DNA from: Patescibacteria group bacterium
GTDB lineage: Bacteria; Patescibacteriota; Patescibacteriia; UBA10025; JAHIVO01
Direction of reading: 5' to 3'
DNA: 64,000 nucleotides
Assembly: GCA_043808365.1 (NCBI GenBank)
Contig: JAZDEZ010000021.1
Location: 403 to 64,402 of the forward strand
Each line of letters begins with the position of its first letter. The first letter of the stretch is position 1. Of this stretch, positions 1-7,544 are shown piece after piece. The notes under the pieces were generated by a model, which worked only from the letters and a program-made list of their open reading frames with translations, had not been told where the DNA came from and did not search any database. Both the position numbers and the translations under genes were made by a program.

Positions 1-1692
1 CGGGTGTATGTCGGCATTGAACAAGACGGCAGCCCAGACCTCAAATACGGCGACTATGTGGCATACGCGCCGCACCAGCAGCAATTCGAAACTTTTTTTC
101 ATGACCGGAATTTCGAAATAAAATTCATTAAACTCCTTAATCAGCTCCGCCATACATTGCCGAAACAGATTTCCGGAAAACTGTATGTTTTGTCCGAAGT
201 GCCGCGCGGCGCCGGCCTGAACCAATCCGGGGCCATCAATATTTCCATCGCCTCATTATTGGCACTGGAGACTGGCCTGGCCACACCGGCCAAACTCACT
301 CAATTAGCCGCCACCAAAACTCCCGATATCATGGCTGACGCCACCTTCCAAAAAATTCTACGCTTTGCCTGGAAGCTCGAATCATGCTCCCATGACGAGG
401 TCGGCAGCGCGTCCGCCCCTTTTGCCGCGTTCATCGAGTCCACTACGCCTATGATTTTCTTCTCTGAGCGCCGGTCCGGCAGCTACCGCCACCATCCGTA
501 CAGCCGGATGCCGTCTGACATCGAAGGTCATCATGAAATTTTCGACGGTATTGCCTGGAACGGCTACCGTCTGAAAGACCTGTGGCACTGGCAGAACGAC
601 CTGACCTGGCCGATAGACTACGGGCTCTTTTATCTCGGCCAACAGAAACATTCCGGGGTGTACTTGAAACCGATGCGAATCGTCAAGGAAAATCTCATGG
701 AGCTGGAAAAATTCGTGGCCGGCGACCTGAAAAAATTCTACCATGCTCCGGACGAAGCCATTCCCGCTTTCATTGACTTGGCAAATACCAACCACCAATA
801 CGGGTATTGGGAGCATTGCGTGGATTTCCTGATCATCCTCTCGGTCAAAGCCATCTCCGACCTGAAAAAACTCATCGAAAACGGCACCGCCGAATCGCTG
901 GACGAGCTGTGCGACACGGTCGCGCTCCAGGAAAAAGTTTACGAATTCTTCACTAAAGGACTGCCCTCATCAGGCGAACGGGATACGCTCCACCATATTA
1001 AACAGGTCTTGCGCGATAAAAACAATAACGGTTTACGGAGCATCCGCGTCCTGCCAGACCGGCCCGATGGCGGCGGCGACCTGCTCTTTATCGCCCCGCA
1101 AGGCTATCTCCAGGATAACCTGGAGCAGTTCCAAGGCTCGCTCCGGTCGCACGTCAGCCCATTGATACGCATTGATTATGCCTCATGGATAGACGGCGAA
1201 GAATCTGGCGGGATCGGCATCGAGCAGGACTTCCGCGATAATATTTTCTCCCCGTTCGTAACCCATGGCACTATCGGAGTCAAGGAATGGCAGGCGAACA
1301 CGGCGCCAATCCAGCGCGTCTACTCGCAAGAGGCTTTTGAAAAAAAACGCAAGGATATCGACCTGCTTCTCGATCCGTTCGAGCATAAAATTTATATCCA
1401 GGGCAAGCTCCTGACCTCAAAAAAAATAAAGTCAGCCAAGGGTACTATTGAAATATTAAAAATCCTCCTCAATCATCTCAATGAGGATGTCCGGGCGTCC
1501 GACCTGCCGCCGTCCGCTTACGTGGAAAGGAATGAAATGCAGAGCAAGATCATCACCCCGCTCTGCGCGGTATTCAAGGAAATTGCCGGCCATAAAATCC
1601 CCCTCCATTTACAAGGCGGCTTGCGCAAAAATTTCTCAATCAAGCTGGAAGCGCCGAATTTTGTCATTGGCTTGGTGGAAAAACAGATATAA
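1..1692 (+). CDS. GHMP-kinase-like protein with a C-terminal winged-helix (OmpR/PhoB-like) domain; the N-terminus may lie upstream of the window
   Basis: ORF 4..1692 is open to the window edge. PRGAGLNQSGA resembles GHMP motif II (PxGSGLGSSA). GGGDLLFIAP resembles the glycine-rich motif III. The last ~120 aa (KIYIQGKLLTSKKIKSAKGTIEILKILL..DVRASDL) resemble a trans_reg_C winged helix. Confidence 0.45.
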   Translation, partial: RVYVGIEQDGSPDLKYGDYVAYAPHQQQFETFFHDRNFEIKFIKLLNQLRHTLPKQISGKLYVLSEVPRGAGLNQSGAINISIASLLALETGLATPAKLTQLAATKTPDIMADATFQKILRFAWKLESCSHDEVGSASAPFAAFIESTTPMIFFSERRSGSYRHHPYSRMPSDIEGHHEIFDGIAWNGYRLKDLWHWQNDLTWPIDYGLFYLGQQKHSGVYLKPMRIVKENLMELEKFVAGDLKKFYHAPDEAIPAFIDLANTNHQYGYWEHCVDFLIILSVKAISDLKKLIENGTAESLDELCDTVALQEKVYEFFTKGLPSSGERDTLHHIKQVLRDKNNNGLRSIRVLPDRPDGGGDLLFIAPQGYLQDNLEQFQGSLRSHVSPLIRIDYASWIDGEESGGIGIEQDFRDNIFSPFVTHGTIGVKEWQANTAPIQRVYSQEAFEKKRKDIDLLLDPFEHKIYIQGKLLTSKKIKSAKGTIEILKILLNHLNEDVRASDLPPSAYVERNEMQSKIITPLCAVFKEIAGHKIPLHLQGGLRKNFSIKLEAPNFVIGLVEKQI

Positions 1693-1719
1693 ATTCACCG
1701 CCATTATCGGCGATACGCG

Positions 1720-1750
1720 CTCCGGAACTCTACCGGAGTTTTTCTTTTTT
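1720..1750 (+). terminator. Rho-independent terminator after the first CDS
   Basis: Stem CTCCGG / CCGGAG with a 7-nt loop, followed by TTTTTCTTTTTTT. Confidence 0.7.
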
Positions 1751-1754
1751 TCTC

Positions 1755-1786
1755 CCTTAGTTTTCGCTATGGCTCTGCTCTATGCT
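1755..1786 (+). promoter_or_regulatory. Shared upstream motif, copy 1 (CCTTAGTTTTCGC; TAGTTT-N17-TATGCT)
   Basis: A 13-mer identical to the copy at 3911 and 12/13 to the copy at 4171. A TAnnnT hexamer lies 17 nt after TAGTTT. Confidence 0.5.
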
Positions 1787-2020
1787 GAAAGCGCCGAAGA
1801 TACGCTTCTTTAAAAAAGCCTTAAACATCAAGCCATCGGCTGCCAGTCAAACCACATCGCACTGGCTTTCGCCTTTGGCGGATTAACGACATTCTCAACC
1901 CTGGAGCGATCTGGAGTTGAGACAACGAGGGGAGTCCCCCTCCCTTCTTGTCTAAATTTCAGAACAAATATGGCTGTTTGAAAACTTAATACCAATCTTG
2001 TAAAAGGAGGTTTCGAGAAC

Positions 2021-3097
2021 ATGAGTACATTAATGATTCTGCTGTTAGCCGTGGCTGGAATGGGGATAGTGCATTATTTCCAGTCATGCCGTCCAGACAT
2101 CGGCAAGAAAAACACTGCCGATTTTCTCAAGAGAGACAGGGAAAACAAGACTAAGGGGAATGAGGAGGATGTCCCCAAGAAACTGTGCGACACTGTAGAT
2201 AGCGTCATGCCATCATGCGAATATTCGGATACCGTAGTCACCAAACTGATAGTCGGCTTATTCCAGCTCATACTCATCCCACTACGACTGATCAACAATG
2301 CTTTCGTGTTGTTCATTGGCTTTTTACTGACTGCCATCGACGAAGCAAAACGTGCAATCCATGAACGATTCAAGAAACAGAATACCGCTAATGGTGAATA
2401 TTCACGCGGCCTCATGATTTCGTTCATTGCCCTGATTGCTCTGGTCGTATTAACCATGGCCAATTACCAGATCCTAAAAATAGGATTGCCGATCATCTGG
2501 CCAGTGGACAAAAGACCAATCATGAACATCTTCGGCATGGATGTATATGTTGTCAACCTGCTGGCCATCCTTATGATCGTTGCGGAATTCACCGCCAGCC
2601 TGCTGGCGTACGAATATCGTAGTTCAAAGGGTCTCATTGTAAAAAAAAGCAAGAGTACATCTGCCGTCATGTACCTCATCCTTATCATTTTATGTGCGGC
2701 TGAGGCCTTATTGGCAGTTTACCGTACTCAATACCAAACGAACTACAATAATAGCCTGCCGCTGTATGCCATTGGCTTCATCTCCTTCATCGTGCCGCTC
2801 CTCGCCGCCTTTTGCTTCGAGAAAATTAGCATGTACTTGGTCTGGATGCTGGCTGGTATCATGCTGATTGTCGTCGGTATCCTCTGGCTGCCGTTCCTAA
2901 TTGCCGAAATAATTGTCTCCTGGCTGCTATCACTGGCCCTCTACCTTTTGGAGGCCATATCAGCGCCTTTCCGCATGGCACACAAGGCGACTATAGACAT
3001 CCATGAATGGTCAACCGATGATGACGAATGCCAGGAAACGGAACCGAAACTGCTTAAACAAAAGATAAACGCACTCCAAACCAATGAAGGACGGTGA
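2021..3097 (+). CDS. Polytopic membrane protein of unknown function (about 7 predicted TM segments)
   Basis: 358-aa ORF. AGGAGG lies 10 nt upstream of the ATG. There are multiple long hydrophobic stretches and a charged N-proximal loop. No recognisable catalytic motif. Confidence 0.6.
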   Translation: MSTLMILLLAVAGMGIVHYFQSCRPDIGKKNTADFLKRDRENKTKGNEEDVPKKLCDTVDSVMPSCEYSDTVVTKLIVGLFQLILIPLRLINNAFVLFIGFLLTAIDEAKRAIHERFKKQNTANGEYSRGLMISFIALIALVVLTMANYQILKIGLPIIWPVDKRPIMNIFGMDVYVVNLLAILMIVAEFTASLLAYEYRSSKGLIVKKSKSTSAVMYLILIILCAAEALLAVYRTQYQTNYNNSLPLYAIGFISFIVPLLAAFCFEKISMYLVWMLAGIMLIVVGILWLPFLIAEIIVSWLLSLALYLLEAISAPFRMAHKATIDIHEWSTDDDECQETEPKLLKQKINALQTNEGR

Positions 3098-3102
3098 TCA
3101 CC

Positions 3103-3810
3103 ATGAAACGCCTACTGATCCTACTACTGCTTGGCTGCATAGTGATGGTTCTGGCGTCATGTTCAGAGCCCGTTCACCAGCAGCCAAAGTTCGTCATTGC
3201 CATTTTTGACGAACCGTCATCTATGAACGAACAGGCGCTGGAACAGGGGAAAGTGTTCATCGACAGCCGGATCGTCCCGTTGTTGGAGGGCGGCGACAAA
3301 TTCGGCATCATTTCTATCAGCGGCAACTCCTTTACCTGCCCGGACACTGGCCAACTATTCACGCTTGTATCGTCGCCAATAACCTGCGACAGGGAAATGG
3401 ACTCGATCAACTCCATAACGTTAAATCAGATCCATCGCCTGATCAGTGAAGTGCGCATCCGGCCAGAATTCACTGCCAGTGACATTCTAGGCGCCCTGGC
3501 CAGGGCCAGCACCTTCTTCGTCGAGGATACTCTGTCCGAAAAAATCCTGATCATCATCAGCGATATGGAAGAAAACGTCTGGCGACCGGGGATCACCGAC
3601 CTGATCAAGCTCAACGGCGTCCGCGTCTATGCCCTTTTCATCAGCCACAAGTTCAAAAACATCAAGGATGATGTCCAGGCATATACGGCCAAGAAACAGT
3701 ACTGGGAAAACCTCCTGCATTCTACCGGCACGGCCAATTCGTTCCTCTGGGACGACGACATCTCCCGCCTGAAAATGGATTGGTTAGTTGAGCAACTTGA
3801 GCAAAACTAA
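3103..3810 (+). CDS. Lipoprotein with a vWA-like domain
   Basis: The signal peptide ends in the lipobox LASC. FDEPSSM and ILIIISDMEEN resemble vWA/MIDAS-type strands. The gene is coupled to the upstream gene (its TGA stop lies at 3095-3097). The ATG at 3103 is preferred over the GTG at 3094. Confidence 0.5.
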   Translation: MKRLLILLLLGCIVMVLASCSEPVHQQPKFVIAIFDEPSSMNEQALEQGKVFIDSRIVPLLEGGDKFGIISISGNSFTCPDTGQLFTLVSSPITCDREMDSINSITLNQIHRLISEVRIRPEFTASDILGALARASTFFVEDTLSEKILIIISDMEENVWRPGITDLIKLNGVRVYALFISHKFKNIKDDVQAYTAKKQYWENLLHSTGTANSFLWDDDISRLKMDWLVEQLEQN

Positions 3811-3841
3811 CCTTCAGCACCTTGCGCCAATCGCACCCTTT

Positions 3842-3872
3842 CCCGCATGTATCCACCATGCGGGATTTTTTT
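3842..3872 (+). terminator. Rho-independent terminator
   Basis: Stem CCCGCATG / CATGCGGG followed by ATTTTTTT. Confidence 0.7.
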
Positions 3873-3910
3873 AATGAAAATGCACTTTTAATAATTTGAA
3901 AGATTTTTTT

Positions 3911-3942
3911 CCTTAGTTTTCGCCCGTAAAGCGAAATATAAT
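3911..3942 (+). promoter_or_regulatory. Shared upstream motif, copy 2 (CCTTAGTTTTCGC; TAGTTT-N17-TATAAT)
   Basis: The same 13-mer as at 1755. A perfect TATAAT lies at 3937-3942. AAAACAAAAAC lies exactly 26 nt after TAGTTTTCGCC. Confidence 0.55.
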
Positions 3943-3973
3943 TGAAACACAAAACAAAAACTGGAGGTGAGCC

Positions 3974-4114
3974 ATGAAAAATAGCTCTATAACCAAGCCT
4001 TCTGATACGGATAGTACAGATAAGGAAAAGCAACCGGAAGATCAGGACAACACTCCTGAACTTAAGTCACGTTATGATGACCCAAACTATTCACCAGATG
4101 GCACGGATTTCTAA
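3974..4114 (+). CDS. Small acidic hydrophilic protein (46 aa), not in the ORF track
   Basis: GGAGGTGA lies 3 nt upstream of the ATG (6 nt from the GGAGG core). Translation is MKNSSITKPSDTDSTDKEKQPEDQDNTPELKSRYDDPNYSPDGTDF. It has its own promoter-like motif upstream and a hairpin plus T-run downstream (about 4137-4165). Confidence 0.45.
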   Translation: MKNSSITKPSDTDSTDKEKQPEDQDNTPELKSRYDDPNYSPDGTDF

Positions 4115-4170
4115 CAATCCGGATCGATTATGCAAAAAAGCCTCGTCTTGCGGGGCTTTTTCTTTTACTT

Positions 4171-4202
4171 CCGTAGTTTTCGCCTACCCCACCCGATACC
4201 CT
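4171..4202 (+). promoter_or_regulatory. Shared upstream motif, copy 3 (CCGTAGTTTTCGC; TAGTTT-N17-TACCCT)
   Basis: 12/13 match to copies 1 and 2. AAAACAAAAAC again lies exactly 26 nt after TAGTTTTCGCC (4211-4221). Confidence 0.5.
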
Positions 4203-4413
4203 AAAGGTAGAAAACAAAAACCCTGTAAATAAAGGACTTTGACAACATAATAAGGAGGTGGTTATTGGCACTTCTGTTAACGTCGCGGAGTTGTTCGAAA
4301 AAACTAAAAAACCCCCATATTCCAGGAGGAAAATGTATGGAGGCTTTTTTATCCCCTCGCCAGCAATTAATAGTTTCTGAAATTCTCAACTTCAAAAAAT
4401 AGGAGAAAATGCC

Positions 4414-7014
4414 ATGAAAACGGCAAGATTCTTTTCTACGGTATTGCTTGCGGCATTTGTGTTCGTGGGCATCATGTCGGTTCAGCTCGGATGTGATAAA
4501 CACCAAAATCCAGTCGAACCGACAAAAGCACCTGACATAATCACAATGGTTGGCGGTTCCAATGGGGATTCTGCTACTCAGACTGAAATCGGTCCTGTTG
4601 CAGCATCCCTGAACCAGACACCAGTGGTCATTGGCCCCAACGACCTCATCACGGTCACTGATTACCAGCCAACGTACACCCAAACGGTTAACCTCACTAT
4701 GCCGGATGTGGTGCACCGGGGGGTCATTAACCGTACTGGCATAAAAGATGTGGTTGTACATGAGTTAAGCCGTGTTACTGGAAATCTTGTAACAATCAAT
4801 GAAATTGTCCAGTACCAGCCGCTAACAAACACCATAAAAGGTGTGAGTATCTATGCCAAGTATGGCGCGACGGGACTTGATATCCTAAACTCCATTGATA
4901 CGTACATGAATGGTCAGGAATGGGAATACTATGCGATAACAAAGAGCACCAAGACTGACTACTTCCTGTTACCCAAGAAAGCAGTGGCTATCCCGCCAGT
5001 CTTCGGACCTGGTAATATCGCCAATCTTTTGCCGAAATACCAGGAATTACCCAGTCCGATAACAGTACCCCAAATTGCTGGCAAAATAAAGGAAGTCATC
5101 CTCACTACTTCAAAGGGGTTATGCATTGCAATTGATGTTGGCATAGTCTTGAGTTTAGTGTCCGGGCCAGAAATAGTTGGTGTCGGTGCATTCGCGTGTG
5201 CGCTCGTTGCCACGGACGACTTGGCCCAGCAAGTTGTCGACATGATTAAGCAAAGTTCGAATGTCCGAGTGTACTTCAAACGAATTGAGTATGACGGGAC
5301 AACTGATCCACTCATTCTACTTATTTCCACGCCTATACCGAATCCGCAGCCGATTTTCCAGCTTGATATCTTACCGAATACTCAGGTTGAACTCATGCAA
5401 GGTGAAACGAAGCAATTCAACGCTTACCCACGTGATGCATCCGGGAACATTGTCGGTGCTCCCGTGAGTTGGTCAACAACCTTCGGCACTATTGATGCAA
5501 ATGGTTTGTATTCTGCTACTACGGTTGGTCAAGGGACCGTTACGGCAAGTTTAGGCAGTGCATGGCCTAACGTACCACCTGCTACTGTCAAAGTGGTCGT
5601 AACAGCCGTCATCGCCAACCGCCCGCCCATCGTCAGTGTGCCGGCTTCAGCCAGTGCGACCATTAACATGCCGATCACTATCAATATCACTAAGAGTGAT
5701 CCGGATGGAAATGCGGTACAGATTGCCGTTGACCCTGGAAACCAGACAGTTGAATGGGTACAGGGCACCAGCTACACTCACACATTTAACGTAGTGGGCG
5801 TCTATAATGTCCGTTTCACTGGGTATGATGGCAAGGCATGGTCGCCGACCGCCATCTGTGTCGTGACGGTAGCCGGTCCGGCTAATCGCCCGCCTGTGGT
5901 GAGCGTTCCTCCGACGGTTAATGCGACCATTAACGTGCCGGTCACCATCAATATCATTAAGAGTGATCCGGATGGAAATGTGGTACAGATTGCCGTTGAC
6001 CCTGGAGACCAGACAGGAATCGAGTGGGTGCAGGGCAATAGCTACATCCACACGTTTAAGGCCGCTGGCATGTATAATGTTCGCTTCACCGGGCACGACG
6101 GCAAGGCATGGAGCCCGACCGCCATCTGTGTTGTGACGGTAGCCGGTCCGGCTAATACTGCGCCGACAGCCTGCATGTCGGTTTCACCACAAAACGGCAG
6201 CGGCACAACTGCGTCAGTCTTCACCTTCACCTCATGCTCAACGGATCCCGAAACCCCGGTTGACGCCCTGCAGGTCCGCTGGCAAATCGACGGAGTCTGG
6301 ACAGCCTGGACCACGTTGAAAACGCAAACAAAACAGTGGACTACGGTTGGACAGAAGACGGTCGTTCTTGAAGTGAGGGACGCTGGTGGGTTGACAGCAC
6401 AGGCAACTAAAACGGTTATTGTGAACCCGCCGCTGAACAATCCGCCGACTGTAAGTGTCGCCAGCACGACTACGGGGCAGGTTGGTGCAACAACCGTAAT
6501 ACCGTATACGGCAAGCGATCGGGAAACACCTTCAGCTAATCTCTGTGTGGCGGTAGACTGGCTCGATGGATCAGCGGCCGTATACTTCTGGGGTGGAGCA
6601 CCAGCGACATACATCTTCAAATCGGCCGGCACGTATGATGTGCGATTCACAGCATGGGACGGGACTGACTGGTCGCCGACGGCGATTTGCAGAGTGACTG
6701 TCACCAGCGGGTGCTCCAACATGCCAACGCTCCTCGGGCCGATCAACGGGCAAACGGTCAGCTTGAGCGCAGGTTTCTCGTTCTACTGGACGAAGGTCTG
6801 CGACGGATTCGGCGAATACAACCTATACGTGATGACTGCGCCGAATTCAACCGGCAAAACTGTCTTCGCGGAAAGAATGACCCCGACTTATACGTCGCTC
6901 GGTTACTGGGGATCCGGCCTGCTGCCCAATACGACGTACTATTGGTGCCTGCAAATGGGCAACTTTGTAGGTGCGCCGCTGACACCGTTTGCCTCGTTTA
7001 GAACGGCGCCATAG
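4414..7014 (+). CDS. Large secreted/surface protein with Big_2-like, PKD/Ig-like repeat and FN3-like domains
   Basis: N-terminal signal peptide. VELMQGETKQFNAYPRD..GTVTASLG resembles a bacterial Ig-like (Big_2) domain. Two near-identical ~90-aa repeats and two further diverged copies are present. The C-terminus has a YYW-containing beta-sandwich-like segment. AGGAG lies 8 nt upstream of the ATG. Confidence 0.75.
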   Translation: MKTARFFSTVLLAAFVFVGIMSVQLGCDKHQNPVEPTKAPDIITMVGGSNGDSATQTEIGPVAASLNQTPVVIGPNDLITVTDYQPTYTQTVNLTMPDVVHRGVINRTGIKDVVVHELSRVTGNLVTINEIVQYQPLTNTIKGVSIYAKYGATGLDILNSIDTYMNGQEWEYYAITKSTKTDYFLLPKKAVAIPPVFGPGNIANLLPKYQELPSPITVPQIAGKIKEVILTTSKGLCIAIDVGIVLSLVSGPEIVGVGAFACALVATDDLAQQVVDMIKQSSNVRVYFKRIEYDGTTDPLILLISTPIPNPQPIFQLDILPNTQVELMQGETKQFNAYPRDASGNIVGAPVSWSTTFGTIDANGLYSATTVGQGTVTASLGSAWPNVPPATVKVVVTAVIANRPPIVSVPASASATINMPITINITKSDPDGNAVQIAVDPGNQTVEWVQGTSYTHTFNVVGVYNVRFTGYDGKAWSPTAICVVTVAGPANRPPVVSVPPTVNATINVPVTINIIKSDPDGNVVQIAVDPGDQTGIEWVQGNSYIHTFKAAGMYNVRFTGHDGKAWSPTAICVVTVAGPANTAPTACMSVSPQNGSGTTASVFTFTSCSTDPETPVDALQVRWQIDGVWTAWTTLKTQTKQWTTVGQKTVVLEVRDAGGLTAQATKTVIVNPPLNNPPTVSVASTTTGQVGATTVIPYTASDRETPSANLCVAVDWLDGSAAVYFWGGAPATYIFKSAGTYDVRFTAWDGTDWSPTAICRVTVTSGCSNMPTLLGPINGQTVSLSAGFSFYWTKVCDGFGEYNLYVMTAPNSTGKTVFAERMTPTYTSLGYWGSGLLPNTTYYWCLQMGNFVGAPLTPFASFRTAP
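5611..6150 (+). repeat. Tandem ~270-bp in-frame repeat (2 units) inside the surface protein gene
   Basis: Unit 1 starts at gccaaccgcccgcccatcgtc (5611) and unit 2 at gctaatcgcccgcctgtggtg (5881). Both end with ..gtgacggtagccggtccg. Long identical runs include agagtgatccggatggaaatg and gtacagattgccgttgaccctgga. Confidence 0.9.
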
Positions 7015-7036
7015 TATGTTTCTTGTTCTTTCTCAC

Positions 7037-7066
7037 GGCAGAAGCCTCTACTTCTGCCGTTTTTTT
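7037..7066 (+). terminator. Rho-independent terminator of the surface protein gene
   Basis: Stem GGCAGAAG / CTTCTGCC followed by GTTTTTTT. Confidence 0.8.
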
Positions 7067-7459
7067 ACAAAAAACGCCCTGGCAGAATGTCCAAGCCAGG
7101 GCGGTGAAGTTACACAAATAATCATATAGACGATTCGTCCAGCCAGACCCGAAAGCGACAGAAAATTCTGTCGGAACGAGGAATTCGCCACTGTTCACCT
7201 CTTCCCTTGACCGCGGTGAAAGGATGCACGCGGTTTGACCAAGCTACTCCGGTGATCATTCTCTCGCCCCGTATGCCTAACAGGGCCGTCTTCGAACCGT
7301 TGGGTTCGGTTCGCAGAGATAGTCTGTTTGACGTGGCGCCAGCGCCATCACTCCGTGATAGCCGCTGACCTTTGCTGGAGCGGACTCAGGACTCGCCCAA
7401 TTCTTTCAATTCGCATTCCTCTCATGCGAGGAACTTCGACTCTCCATATGATTATTGTG
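7067..7459 (-). ncRNA. rnpB: Independent structured ncRNA gene; candidate RNase P RNA (type A-like)
   Basis: - A 347-nt core (7113-7459) is closed by a ~15-bp terminal helix (CACAAATAATCATAT / ATATGATTATTGTG) and contains many internal hairpins.
- A minus-strand promoter-like TTGACG-N17-TACGCT lies at 7507-7479.
- A minus-strand terminator (CGCCCTGGC / GCCAGGGCG plus T-run) lies at 7103-7067.
- The minus-strand RNA contains, in the canonical order, AGUCCGCUCCA (cf. AGUCCGGGCUCCA), CAAACAGA, CAAGGGAAGAGGUG and CGACAGAA..CGCUUUCGGGUC (cf. CGACAGAA..GGCUUAUCGGUC). Confidence 0.5.
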
Positions 7460-7532
7460 TAAAAGAGCATCTGCCATAAGCGTACGCTTAATAGTCCCGT
7501 GCGTCAAAATGTTCAGAACAAATCATTAGGGA

Positions 7533-7538
7533 TATAAT
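7533..7538 (+). promoter_or_regulatory. TATAAT -10 box 6 nt upstream of the capA-like ATG (leaderless-type start)
   Basis: gatATAATagcagtATG. There is no Shine-Dalgarno sequence and no room for a leader. Confidence 0.5.
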
Positions 7539-7544
7539 AGCAGT

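Noticed and set aside
5611-6150. Possible diversity-generating retroelement (template/variable repeat pair)
   Set aside because: Differences between the two units involve all base types rather than adenine-specific changes. The units are adjacent and in-frame, and no reverse transcriptase gene is present in the window.
6042-6746. 234-aa minus-strand ORF. Similar cases are 4201..4761, 5647..6096 and 11175..11804.
   Set aside because: These are antisense to the surface protein and the Cys-rich pilin genes. Their repeats simply mirror the sense-strand repeats.
7113-7459. tmRNA, SRP RNA or 6S RNA as the identity of the structured element
   Set aside because: - It has no GGGG..UCCACCA acceptor-like ends, no tRNA-like T-arm, no tag reading frame and no SRP domain IV consensus.
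- Its size is wrong for 6S or 4.5S RNA.
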